Of a DNA stretch of 64,000 nt, positions 35,902-48,200 are shown piece after piece. Every line of letters begins with the position of its first letter. Positions within the stretch are counted from its first letter, which is position 1. The position numbers were made by a program, and so were the translations under genes. Origin of the DNA: Takakia lepidozioides (lineage: Eukaryota > Plantae > Bryophyta); contig CM060731.1 of NCBI GenBank assembly GCA_030704615.1, forward strand, positions 73,098,001 through 73,162,000. The letters are read 5' to 3'. The notes under the pieces are model-generated. The model ran no database searches. It was not told where the DNA came from and saw only the letters and a list, made by a program, of their open reading frames with translations.

Positions 35902-38280
35902 TTGGAGGCTTCATCAACAGGTGTGCAGTTTCATTCGCCATTGTTGTGGGACGACATGGAGGAGATGTATGGAGCTACCAAGGGGCCTCGTAGATACTCT
36001 GGAGCTGTGGGCACAATCGAGTTGGATGACTTTATCCAGGAGTTCGACAGCTGGTGTGATTTGCAGCAGATGCGCAATCCACAGCTATTCACCCCATTCA
36101 TGGCATGGAAGGGTCTATTCCAGCATTTGGAAGGCCCGCCTATGGACAATTACCACGAGTTCAGGCGAGGACATGAAGCAGAGATTGAGGAGTGGAGGAT
36201 GTATTGGTCACCTGACTACGTCTCCATTACTCGACGACCAGTAGCTGCATCAGTACCAATATCTCCCACTGCCAGCACTAGTAGTGGAACAAATAGTGCT
36301 GGTACTTCTGCAGGTGGTACCAGTTCAAAAGGTGTTACTACTCCTCCTGCCACGACTACAACACATGTGCCTAGATTCAACCCGGTGGTGGAGTTCTTCC
36401 AGGAGTTGCGGAGGAACTACCAAGGTGTACGGACAGAGAAGCTGCGAAGTTTGCAAGACTTCCAGTGCAAATCCAGTGAGAGCCTGCGAGAGGCGTACAC
36501 TCGTATGAGGCGCTTGATAAGTGTGACCCAAGGGGTTACTGAAGCTCAGGCAATCCAGTTTTGGTATGGAATTCTGGACAAGGAGCTCAAGAGAAGGGTG
36601 CGAGATGCAACCCTGTTACAAGCAGCCCAACCCACATTAGCAGATGTGTTTCTGCTGGCTGAGCGGATTGAGCTCAACATGGTGGAGCGAGTTGTTACCA
36701 TTGGATTTGGCAAGGACAAGCCTGCACGAGGCGTAGCTGCCAGCCCACAGGCACAAGGGACTGCCCAACAGCGTGGTCAGGGGGGCAAGGCTTCCCAACC
36801 CAAGTTCCATGGAGCTTACAGGGGACCTCAGGTGCAGAGGCCCGTGGCATCTTTTGCAGGCCAACAGCAACCAGGGGTGATATGTTGGACATGTGGAGGA
36901 CCCCATGTCAAGAGAGATTGCCCAGAGAGTGGGCAAAGGCCGGCACAAGCTCAGCCTGCACAGTTGCAGTGTTGGCATTGTGGCAAGTATGGGCATGGAG
37001 ATGCCCAGTGTTATGACTTGCATCCTAAGTTGCGCCTAGGCCAGTTCCAAGGGAACAATGGTGGCCGGGGCGAGGTGGACCAGCCAGAGAGGACGAGGTG
37101 GCCGGGCACGAGGTGCAGGCCAAGGGCAAGCTCAACATGGCCAAGGACGCGGAGGTCAGGGTAATGATCAAGGCATGGCCAACCGGCTTCAGGAGCTAGA
37201 GCAGAGGCTCGCTGCCATGGCTACAGCTCAGGCGGTACCGGCTCCCAGGCGGGATGGTCCACCTCTTGCGCCCGAGGGAGGAGATATGGGAGGCATGGGA
37301 TTCATGTGCGGAGCAGCACTACCACTAGTGCAGGTGGACTCTGCTGCAGCCGTGACTCGAGGAGCAGCACGAGTTCCTGAGCCACGAGGTGCAGAGGTGG
37401 AATTGGATCCACAGCGTGGGGAGGCAAGCCGTCAAGCGAGGCTTCCTCAGCCATTCATATTGGCGGAGACTGTGTCGACGCCATCCATGGCACCTAGTTC
37501 TCGCCCGACTGTTACCGAGGTGGAGGTTACTATGCCATTGGGGATAGCTACACGTGCAGCACTGACACCTGCTACTAAGGCTAGTGCAGCCGGTATGTTA
37601 TTGGGGGCGGCCACCTCTGTGTGTCAAGCCCCACTGTTCTCGGCAACCATGATTGCGACGCCGGGGATAAGACCAGCTCCAGTGTTCAGACTAGCAGCAA
37701 CACTCTGCGAGAGTGGGGAGGTCACTTCATCTTCTGCGGAGTTAGTGGAAGGTGTAGTGGCAAAGGGATCCTCGGATTTGAGGGTGAAGACTGCCACGGC
37801 TGCGCATGGCAAGCTGCAACTGCCAGGTTGATGGAGCTGCCAGCTAGGCCTGCCTTTGAGCGCGCCATGGTGACACCTGAAGTTGTCTTGTTAGACAACC
37901 AAGATGACATTTTCACTTTGAGTGGACCGGCAGGCAAGAAGTATCGGCCACTGTGGGTCTTGTTGGACTCGGGAGCTCAGCCACTGATGTTGGGCAGAGT
38001 TGCTATCACAGGTTTGGGCCTCATGGAGGCGGATATAGAGCCTTGTCCTTTCCAGATACAGACGTCTCTGGGAGGATCAGAGCAGGCTCGGGGCATGACA
38101 CGGCATCAGTTGGCCATTAGATTGCAGCTGGATCATCCTATCGATGGCTCAGTGATGCGAGCCAAGGCCATTGTGACAGACGCGGTCTCTTACGATGTCC
38201 TCGTTGGTGGGGCAGTGTTATAACCCATGGGCTTCACCCTGGACTTTTGGGAGGAGTCAGCATCCTACAGGCCTGGATGA
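35902..38280 (+). pseudogene. gag (two zinc knuckles) and aspartic protease of E2
   Basis: 420-aa ORF with CWTCGGPHVKRDC and CWHCGKYGHGDAQC; VLLDSGAQPLM...YDVLVG protease motifs. Confidence 0.9.
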
Positions 38281-38679
38281 CAGTCAGGGGATGGTCGTCG
38301 TGCACAGCTCCCTGTGATGTTCATTGGGGGTATTGCGGCTGCCCAGCGGGGCAAGATGCCAACACTAGCCGCATTTACAGCTGCAGTTAGTTGGCCTGGA
38401 GAGTTGCTGGAAGACAATGCCCATGCAGAGGATGTGCCACCTTCAGCAGAGCAGGATGACATGCATGATACAGCGGAGTTGTCTGCCATGGTTGCTCACA
38501 CTTCATTGTGGGGTACGAGCAAGGATATGCAGCAGGCTGCTGATGGACGGGTACAACAAGCCTGGGTAGAGGCCTTCGTACCGTCAGGAGAAGAGGAAAG
38601 TGCGGTGATTGCACCAGGACCACCTTAGTTGTCGCCATTAGACACCACACCTCTTATGTGGCAGTGCCCGGATAAAGGC

Positions 38680-39630
38680 ATATGCCTTCTGGACTTGTTT
38701 GGCGGGATCAGCACTGGATTAGCTGCAGTACTGCAGGCAGGTGTACGAGTTCAACGTTACCTGTATGTGGAGAGGGATGAGACTGCACGACGCATCTCAC
38801 TGCGCCATGTTGCTCAGTTGGTACAGCAGTACCCTGATTTGTTGCCAGTGTCTGTAGTGCGTGGATACCAACAAGCCTTGCCAGCAGACATTTCGCTGCT
38901 GGGGGCGCAGGACTTGGAGCAGGTTGGCTCCATTGATCTGGTAGTGGCAGGTTGGCCCTGCCAAGGGCATTCATCAGCCGGGCATGGCAATGGATTGCGA
39001 GACTCGAGGACGGGTGTTTTGGGAGATGGTGCGGGTTTTGCGCCACTTGCAGCTTCATCAAGCTGTATCTCCAGCATACATCTTGGAGAATGTGCCTCTG
39101 ATGGGTGATTCTCGGGCCAGGGTAATAGCCAGTGTGCATCAAGTCCGGTCGTGGCTTGGGTCAGCAGTGTTGCTGGATGCAGCTGCAGTGGGGTCACGGG
39201 CTCATCGTCCACGGCTATGGTGGACTAACTTGATGCCACCCGCACTGCTCAAGCATGCATTTGATGGGGTGCAGCGGCCAACACACCTCACAGTGGACAG
39301 CATTTTGGACACAGGGAGGCAGTCTCAACGTGTGAGACACGATGACCGTTCGCCTTTGGCAGTGGTCAACAGGGTGGGTCAACCACGAGCAGCATTACCT
39401 ACACTGCTCAGCTTCCCAGGATCCCATGCTTTTCGGAATGGTGGACCTGGCCTCTTGTGGGTTAGCCAGTTGCAACAATTAGTGGAGCCCAATGCTGACG
39501 AGCGCGAGCGGGCGATGGGTTTTACCACTGGTACCACGGCGGTGCCATCTCTTTCTGAGGCATCACGTCGTCAGGTGTTGGGGCAAGCAATGGATCTCAA
39601 TTGCTTGACCTGGATTATCAGCTTGGCTAT
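38680..39630 (+). pseudogene. C5 cytosine DNA methyltransferase domain (DNMT3-like motif order) embedded in pol
   Basis: Motif I LLDLFGGI; II YVERD; IV VAGWPCQGHS; VI ILENV; VIII HRPRLWWTN; IX ERERAMGF; X RRQVLGQAM; one frameshift near 39010. Confidence 0.92.
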
Positions 39631-40079
39631 GGCTAAGCAGCGCAGAGTACGGAGTACACTTCCCTTCATGGTCTCCCTGCCTACCGAGACGGTACAGGCA
39701 GCGAGTGGGGGCGAGCAGGTGAGGACCACGAGGTGCAGGCCGCATCCATGGCACATGTGGGAGGTACTCGAGGCTCATAAGGAGTTGGCAGCCAAAGCGG
39801 CGGTGATGGATCAGGTTGGGGATTTTTCTCGGGTTGAGGAGGTCTCAAGGATGGATGATGGGGCAGGGTGAGACTTGTCACTGACAGAGGAGGTATGGTC
39901 ACTGCTCAAGAGGTTGCAGCATAGCAACCATGGGACGCGTCTTCTACCTCTAAGCTGCTGGACTCAAGGTTGCAGTCACGGAGGACAATTGGGAGCCTGA
40001 CATTGGACCCATTGTCGCTGGAGGAGAGAGACGATGTATACGGCGGTTCCTGAGGGCTTACAGGAATTGCTTTGCCCTT

Positions 40080-41420
40080 AGTTTGAAGGACTTGGGAGCA
40101 CTGAAGGGTCAAGAGATCCATATTGAGTTGGCCACTGACACGCCAATCTTTCGGAGACCCTATAGATACAGTGACATGGAGAGGTCTTTGATTCAGATGA
40201 GGACTCAAGATCTCTGGGAGGCAGTTTGGTGGAGCTCTCTGGTGGAGAGTATGCTTCAGCCACAGTGATGCCAGCCAAGAAGGATGTCTATGGCAATTGG
40301 ACGGAGAGACGTATTGTGCGGTGATTACCGGCCTGTAAATCGTCAGACCAAGTCCGATAGGTATGCCATGCCGACACCAGAGGAGATCTTTGATGCCATT
40401 GGGCATGCCAAGGTCTTTAGCACATTGGATTTACGATCCGGATATCACCAGTTGCCAATCAAGGAGGCGGATAAGCAAAAGACGACATTCTAGGGGATCA
40501 ATGAGCACGGGAAGGATTGCCTATACCAGTGGCGGTTCTTACCATTTGGGCTTAAAAACGCTCGTGCTGAGTTTCAAAGAGTCATGGACAGGATTCTAGC
40601 AGGGGTGGAGTTTGCTCGGTGCTACATAGATGACATCATCATCTTTAGTGCTACGGTGGAGGAGCATGAGAGACACCTTCAGGGGGTATTTGAGCGCTTG
40701 AGGGCGCACGGATTGAAGTTACATCCGGGAAAGTGCAAGTTTTTCCACAACCAGATTGAGTATCTGGGTCACATGATATATCCTGGAGGATTGGGGGTAC
40801 AGCAGACTAAGGTAGAGTCCATTGCACAGGTTCCACGCCCCACGGATGTGAGCCGAGTCGAGCTTTCATGGGGTTAGCAAACTATTATAGACGTTTGTTA
40901 AGGGATTTAGTGCCATTGCAAAGGCTCTAACCAAGCTGACCAAGGTGGACCAGGAGTGGCAGTGGGAAGATGAGCAAGAACAAGCTTTTCAAGAGCTCAA
41001 GGCGAGGTTGACCTCGGCGCCCATCTTGAGACGACCTATCAAGGGGCGTCTTTTTCAGCTGCATACAGATTGGAGCATGCTGGGGCTTGGAGCGGTGCTC
41101 ACACAGGTGGATGATGAGGGAAGAGAGTTCGTAGTGGCTTATGCTAGCCGCTCGAACAATGCTGCAGAGTCTAAGTATAGCTCATATGAGGGAGAATGCT
41201 TAGCTGCAGTGTGGGCCGTGGCACACTTCAGGTGCTATCTATACGCAATCTCTTCACCCTTGTCACGGATCACCAACCACTCAAGTGGTTGATGGAGTCA
41301 GACAAGCTTACGGGGAAGCTTGCACGGTGGGCACTCATCTTTCAAGAGTATGACTTTCAGGTGGTGCATCGACCGGGTTTGGTCAATTGCAATGCAGATG
41401 GGTTGAGTTGCAATCCATGC
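40080..41420 (+). pseudogene. Reverse transcriptase and RNase H of E2
   Basis: CGDYRPVN, FSTLDLRSGYHQ, LPFGLKN, YIDD, HTDWS, YASRS, YEGECLA, TDHQPL. Confidence 0.95.
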
Positions 41421-41629
41421 ACGAGCCAGCAGGATGACACTGGAGCTTGGTGGCATGGTGAGACGGACGAGGAGATGGTGCCCGGATGGCATGCATCTGC
41501 ATTTCTGTATCTTGGCAGCGGAAGGCCAGGTTGGACCTGCAACAGGGATGACTGTAGATCAAGTGTCTGAGGACCCTGAGGCCAGCAATGAGCAAGGTGC
41601 GCCCAAGATATACATGAGGATTCAGTTGT

Positions 41630-42720
41630 GTTGGACTACCTCTGCACTGGAGACACTGCAGCCACTGTGACTGCCAAGGAGAGGGATCGGATCCTACAAC
41701 GAGCCAAGAGGTTCAAGTGGGAGGGGACACACCTGCTCCGAGTGTGGGAGGATGGTCGAGTGAGGATTGTGCCTCACCCAACACAGCGGGCACGGTTAGT
41801 GCGGCATGCCCCGAGGAGTTGGGCATTTTGGGATGCGACGCACCATAGCCTACTGCAGGGGCAGTATTGGTGGCGTGGTATGCACACAGAGGTGCAACAA
41901 TTTGTGGCTAGGTGCATGGTGTGTGACAGGGTGCATGCTTCATTCAACGCCCCTACTCCACAATTGCACCCTCTTCCGATCATGGGATTGGGCTACAGGT
42001 GGAGTCTTGACTTCGCAGGGCCGTTGTCACTGACCATGCGCCACCAAGTACGTGTTGGTGATGGTGGAGCACTTCTCCAAATGGATTGAGTTGGTTCCAT
42101 TGCTGATAAGGCTAGTGAGGGAGCTGCGTATGCATTCTTGGATTGTGTGCTTAGCCGGATTCGGTGCTCCGCTGAGGTACTCACGTACCACGGGAAGAGT
42201 TCTTGGGGGAGTTTTCATGCTTTGTGTGACAGGCCTTATAGACACCGACCACTTCTCAGGACCATTCCTGAGGCCGATGGCTTGGCAGTTGTTCAGACAG
42301 TAAAGAGGGTTTGCGCAAGTATGCTTGCAGAAGGGACACCTAGGAGATTGGGGACCTTCATTTACCCCTGGTTAGCCATGGGCTACAGGTTCAGCAAGCA
42401 AGCATCACTTGCCTCCTTCTCACCATACTTTTTCTTCTCTTTGGTTGCCGAGAGCCGGATTTGCCCTACATCCATTCGCCAGAGAAGCTGCTACAGTCTT
42501 AATCTTGACGATCCGGACGTGTGGGCACATGCATGTGAGCATCGTGCAGAGTTGTTCAAGAAGTCAATGCCCATGGCTTTCGAGAACCTTGCCATTGCAC
42601 AACACCGTGATACGTTGAGGTATGCTACCATACGTGGAGGGGGCTATCGTCCTGGGGTTCGGAGATTCAACAACCCTGGTGACTATGTCTATCTGCGCAG
42701 ACTGCTCCTACGACCTTGGA
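41630..42720 (+). pseudogene. Integrase of E2 (zinc-binding and DDE core, degenerate)
   Basis: QYWWRGM...RCMVC, WSLDFAGP, EHFSKW, PEADGLA; several frameshifts. Confidence 0.9.
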
Positions 42721-42894
42721 TGTGACTACTGGACGTGTTATTTGAGGGTTCGAGAGGTCTTGCCCTCAGGCGTCTTGGTCTTGGAGGTCGGGATTGCATA
42801 ACTGGAAGGACCATGTGCGTAATTGTGCACCATGTCCCTTCCGAATGTCATGCAGGATTGCCCCAAACCTGGCAGTGTATCTGCAAGTTTGAGG

Positions 42895-43039
42895 TGCATG
42901 TTGTGTGGGTCTGCTAAAGAGGCAGCCACCATGCTGGTGTGTTGATCGATGCTCTAGAGGTTGGCATATGGGATGCTTGACTCCACCCTCTGAGATGGTT
43001 CCGGATGGGGATTGGTTATGTCCACAATGCATTGGATAG
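42895..43039 (+). pseudogene. PHD finger at the integrase C-terminus
   Basis: CMLCGSAKEAATMLVC[+1 frameshift]DRCSRGWHMGCLTPPSEMVPDGDWLCPQC = C4HC3 pattern with GxWxCPxC. Confidence 0.9.
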
Positions 43040-43287
43040 TGGGAGTGGATACAACCATGGAAGGCTAACAAGGCAACACCCCCCCCCCGCTACAGGGAGA
43101 CCTTGAAATACACGAGGTCCTGGCTCAAGTTCACAGATTGCAAGACGGCGACTAACGATGGGGCTACTCTTGTACCCTCCTTTGGTCCATAGAGTTTGAG
43201 TAAAATAGGACAGTGATAGAGGATTAGTACAGCTGTGGCTATTACATCTTGTAGCTATCTGGAGTTAGAGGGACCTATCCACCAGCT

Positions 43288-43298
43288 AGGGGGGCGAT
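43288..43298 (+). promoter_or_regulatory. Polypurine tract of E2
   Basis: aggggggcgat directly before the TG of repeat B1. Confidence 0.7.
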
Positions 43299-43822
43299 TG
43301 TGGCAGACTACTTTATGTGCATATATTTGTGGTGTGGTTTGGACAGCGATTTAGTTGTGTCGCATACGTATGCGCACGAACAGCTGTCAAGTTTAATAAG
43401 CACATGTTGAAACTAACTAGAATAAAGCTAGTTATTTGTATTTAACACTTGGATTTAGGTCAAGTGTTAAATCAGGTGTCAAGTTTAGTTTGACACCTGA
43501 ACTGTCTTATCTTCACCAGAGAGCGTCAGTCCGCGCAGCTCATCTCTCTCGAGTTTGAGCCTGCGCGACCGAGCTCTTCATCGTTTAAAGCTGAGTGTGC
43601 TTATGATGGGAGGGATAGGTTTGTTGTGGGGTGGAGTCCCATAGCTTGGGTGCCCCTGGCTCGACTTCTATTTTAAAGATGATAGTGTTGGTTTTTTTGT
43701 GTTTTCTCTGTTATTTGAGTTTAGTTCTTTCTTATCATTGTGGCAGACGACTTTTGTGCATATATGTGTGGTGTGGTTTTGGACAGCGATGTAGTTGTGT
43801 AGCGATACGTATGCGCACGACA
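43299..43822 (+). repeat. 3' terminal B1 (43299-43382) - A2 (43385-43737) - B2 (43739-43822)
   Basis: B1 and B2 are 84-bp near-copies (tgtggcagac...tacgtatgcgcacga[a]ca); A2 matches A1. Confidence 0.93.
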
Positions 43823-44740
43823 AACTCATGTATGAAATCATCAAGCTCGACGGTGCCCACAGCTCCAGAGTACCGACCTGACCCCTTGGTAGCTCCATAC
43901 ATTTCCATTTCCTCCATCTATCCTACAACATGCATGGAAATGGCTTGCATCCTCGCGAGAATCCTCCTAACTCTGAGTCTGACCTTCCTCAAGACACTGA
44001 AGGTGAAGGTGGCCTAAACCGCATACCTCGTCTTGTATTCCCAATAGTATCGCTGTTGCTCGTACCGGCATTCTCCTTAACAACTGACTATCAACCTGTC
44101 TCTAATCCCCCTTTCCACAAGGTAACTGGGTAGAGAATCTGTTGCGGCTTATGGTTTGGAATACTAGGTTCCTAACCTGAACATGCACCTCAACCTGCAT
44201 CCATCGCAGGCACTCCGAGGCTCTAGAAGTTCGCAAACTTGGACTCCAAACAGTCCACCAAAAGGCCCTAGGCGCCCGCCAATTAGTGGTCCTCCAGGTC
44301 TCCAACAGCCCTCACAATGGCTCCACAAGCCTGCCCAATATGGCCTCCCAAGGACCTCCAATAGTCCTCCAAATAGCCCTTCAGAAGCTCTTCAAATCTG
44401 CCACGTATTGACCTCCAAGGACCTCCAACAGTCCTCCGAGAGCCCTTAAGAAGCTCCTCAAATCTGCCAAGTATTTGCCCCCAAGGACCTCCAATAGTCC
44501 CCCAAAGAGCTCTTAAAAAGCTCCATAAGTCTGCCCAATATGGGCCTCCAAGGACCTCCAATCGTCCTCCAACCAGCCCTCACAAGTCTCCACAGGCCTG
44601 CAAAACATTGGCCTCAAAGGACCCCAAATAGTCCTTCAAACTGCCCCAAGCAGGCTCCACAAGCCTGCAACAGGCTTCAATAGATCCCAAATAATCCTCA
44701 AAGCAGGCCCCAAAAAGGTTCCAAGAATATCCACTGGCAG
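43823..44740 (-). mobile_element. E3: gag N-terminus and upstream leader with degenerate ~70-bp tandem repeats (44195-44730)
   Basis: MEEMEMYGATKGSGRYSGAVGTVELDDFIHEF on the minus strand; recurring ccaaggacctccaatagtcc units. Confidence 0.7.
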
Positions 44741-44744
44741 TCGA

Positions 44745-45105
44745 TTTTCATACGTCGCTGACCAAATGTCATCCAAAACCGCGATATTTCATCTGCCGCG
44801 ATAGTTCATCCACTACCGTAGTTTCATCCGTCGCCGTGATTTTTCATCCGCTGCCACAATTTCATCCGCTGACGCAGTTTCATCCGTCGCTGCAATTTCT
44901 CATCCGATTGCGCGATAGTTCATCTGCTGACGAGATTTCATCTGCTGGCGCAGTTTCATCTGCCGTCGCGATTTCTCATCCGATAGCACGATATTTCTTA
45001 CGATACCAATATTTCATCTACTGGTGCAGATTTCATTCACTGCAACCGATTCTCATCCAGGAGCGTTGATTTTCATCCACTGGCTCAATAGTTCATCTGA
45101 TGGGT
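44745..45105. repeat. Short-period (~19-20 bp) tandem array of tttcatcc/tttcatct units
   Basis: More than 15 imperfect ttcatc(c/t)g units visible. Confidence 0.8.
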
Positions 45106-45238
45106 AAATGGTGGTGCTCCCAACCCTGGGGCAATGTTCCCACACGTTCCCAAGGAGTTCCCAAGTGTTCTCAAGCATTCTCTCGAGTTCCCACACATGC
45201 GTTCCCAAGCTAGGGGTTTGCGCCGCTTTGCCTCTGCG

Positions 45239-48200
45239 TGTCGCGCACCTCACTTCGGTAAGCTCCCCTTCAAGTCATAATTACTCGCTTTGATGCGCGC
45301 GCCTAACTCCCAACCTGGCCGCCGGACCAACTTGGAGCTTCGGCTGCTCACCGGGGCATAACGGTCCCCCTTTGATCTTCCAAAGAACCCTCCACCGATT
45401 TGGGCCCAGCGGGAATTCCCTTTGGTAGTTGGCAGTCCGGAACAGCTCCCCACTCTTTGGTCGCTTTTCGGCTCGCTCGCTTACTCACTAGTTTTTGGTC
45501 ACCAACGGGCTTGCACCGTTCTTGGGGTTACTACTCCCTATATATACTTTTATAGCTGTCCGCAGGGGTTTCACAAACAACCATGCCATTTTATGGCAAA
45601 CCACCACGAAAACCCTCGACTCCCGGTGATGAGTCGCGGTGAGTCTTGGCCCACCCACCACGGCCCCTATGGACCGTGATGAGTCCCAAGATTCCCCATG
45701 ACTCCCACCACGAGGTCTCCGCCCCAAGGTGAGTCCTATGCCACCCCCACTAAGTCCCGCTAAGCTACCACCACCCCTTTGTGAAGCCACCCCCACCGCA
45801 TCCCGGTGTGCGGGGCTCCACCTAGTGAGCACCTCCGCCTCCTTGAGTGCCTTGGGCACTCAAGGTGCTTCAGCCCCCCGTACCTATCGCTGCCACTGCC
45901 CCCACCACAGGGGCAGCCCCTCATGTGTCCCGACCCCCTGCCCTCAAGGCAAAGGGCCACGACACACACCCCTACCAACAGGGAGTCGATGTCCTCATCG
46001 ACTTGTCCATTTTGTAGAAACGAACATCCAAGTTGTGGCGTCCCACATCAAGGAGTTTGTTTCCGTACCATGGCGTCCCATGGCAAGAAACCAAACCCCA
46101 CACTTGACTCTACTCTCCACTAGCTAGTTCGGCCGACTTCTTCCAAGTCCCGGCCAGGGGTGGAGCCTCTCAAGCTCCTCCCAGTGCACTCTTCTTGGCC
46201 TACTTCAAGGCCAAGGAACGATCCTCCCCGAGGATCGAATCGCCTTACCGCAACAACATTGCTTGCGATCGCTCATGATGCCGCTTTTGGCATCACCTTG
46301 CGCAAGGGTTCACCTCGAACCCCCTTTGACTAGGAAGATAACCTTGAACCAACTGTGCGCCCCAATCACTACAATTGGGTCCGTCTTGGAATGCTGGCCT
46401 GAGGTACGGGAACACGTCGAAGCCGCACTACGACTTTGTCCTGAGGCTACACGATTATAGTACGTGAACGGAAGCACGTAGCTTCCGCGTTAGCCTGCAC
46501 TACAAGGCAACCACCTCGGTAGCGCAGTTATAGTACGCGCACGCGCCAGGTGCGCACTAGCACGTGAACTCCCAAAGAGGGCGCATGTTTTCGTGCCCCT
46601 TGGATGGGAGTCACCCGATTTCGGCACTGCGCAAACACACGATTATCCCAATTTACCTCTCCCACTTTTGTAAGCTAGCATGCATTCTACACACTAGCCA
46701 ACCACACCATGCATCACCATTCCAAACAAAATAGGACGCACAACATTTGGAACCCATTTCCTTTATAACAAATTTTTGTACAATACAAGTTTTTGCAATC
46801 GGATTCCTGAGCTAGCTAAGCCGGGCTAAGCATGCATTTCCTCCCCACGCTCCAAGGTTGATGTCCCCATCAACGTTTCTTCCGCTTTTGAGGTCGCCCT
46901 TCAAAAACTGCAACTGCCTCGGATGCGTTTCCCATTTCTGAGGCACGCACCCAAGATGCCTCCACATGATGATAGCCCTTCCATTTGACGAGATACTCCG
47001 TTTCTCGGTTCTTGAACCTCCTCGACTTAAGTACTGCATCCACCTCGTACTCAGGTTCATTTTCATGATCCAACAGCACATGTGCCGTACGCAACACTTG
47101 ATGCCGATTCGGACGCGCTTCATCTTTGAAGTAAGGCTTCAAAAGGGAGACGTGGAATACTGGATGCACCTTGCTGTTTGCCGGCAGCTCCAATTCATAC
47201 ACATCCTCATTCATAACCTTCCGGATGCGAAAGGGTCCTGCATATGGAGGTACGAACTTTGGACTAACTTCCGGAGGTAGTTGGAAATTCTTGATGTTCA
47301 ACTAGACCTCCGTGCCTGCCTCAAACTTCACTTCCCTCCGCTTCCGATTCGCCTGCCTTTCATACCGTTTCCTAGCTTTGGCAATGTTGTACTTTGCGAG
47401 CTTCAACAAACGCTCGCGTTCTTCCAGTAACGCTCGCGTTCCTCAACGTCCTGGGCGGCCCAACTTGTCGGCACCAGAGGTGCTTTTCCATAGACCAATA
47501 CGAAAGGGAAAACTCCCGTTGCGGAGTGTTCTGTGTTATTATAACAGAACTCTACCGTGTCTAAGTGTTCCATCCAGTCTGATTGGTCTGCCGACACGTA
47601 ATTCCGCAAGATCTGCTTCACTACGGAATTCACTCTTTCTGTTTGGCCGTCGGTCGTAGGTCGGAAGGCGGTGCTCATCTTCAGCCTCGTCCCCATCTTC
47701 TTCCAAAGTGTCCTCCAAAATTTACTCGTAAACTTTGGACCGCGGTCCGAGACAATATCCTTCGGGACGCCAGGATGCTTTAAGACGTGGGCGAAGTAAA
47801 GTCGCCCTGTCTCCTGCGCCCTTGCCGTCTCCTTGGTGGGGATGAAATGACCCATTTTACTGAACCTATCCACCACCACCATGATTGCATCGAATCCTTT
47901 TGACAGCGGCATAGCAGTCATGAAATCCATCGAGATGTTTTCCCAAGTCCCCTCTGGAATCGGCAAGGGTTGTAACAGCCCCGCTTGCTTTGTGTACTCG
48001 CTCCGGTTTTGTTGGCATGTGGTGCATGTCTTGACATACTCCTCTGCCTCCTCCCTCAGTTTGGGCCAGAAATACTCTTTCTTCAAGAGTGCCGCAGTGC
48101 GCTTGGCTCCGTCGTGGCCCGCAAGCGGGCTATCATGGCATTCTCTCAAGAGATTATCTTTGATCCCTCCCTTTGGCACGTAGAGACGCTTTTGCTTATA

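Larger units (their letters stand above)
31848..43822 (+). mobile_element. E2: full-length (~12 kb) degenerate Ty3/gypsy-type retrotransposon with C5-DNMT and PHD domains and split direct repeats A1...B1-A2-B2
   Basis: Ends TGTC...GACA. Flanking duplication AACT (31844-31847 / 43823-43826) restores the interrupted gag codons IHEFDS. Domain order gag-AP-DNMT-RT-RH-IN-PHD. Confidence 0.92.

Noticed and set aside
31848-43822. DIRS/PAT/Ngaro element, suggested by the split repeats
   Set aside because: No tyrosine recombinase seen; a DDE-type integrase, aspartic protease, PPT and TSD are present.
45250-46127. ORFs duplicated at 55882-56681
   Set aside because: Chance ORFs in the two copies of a GC-rich LTR.
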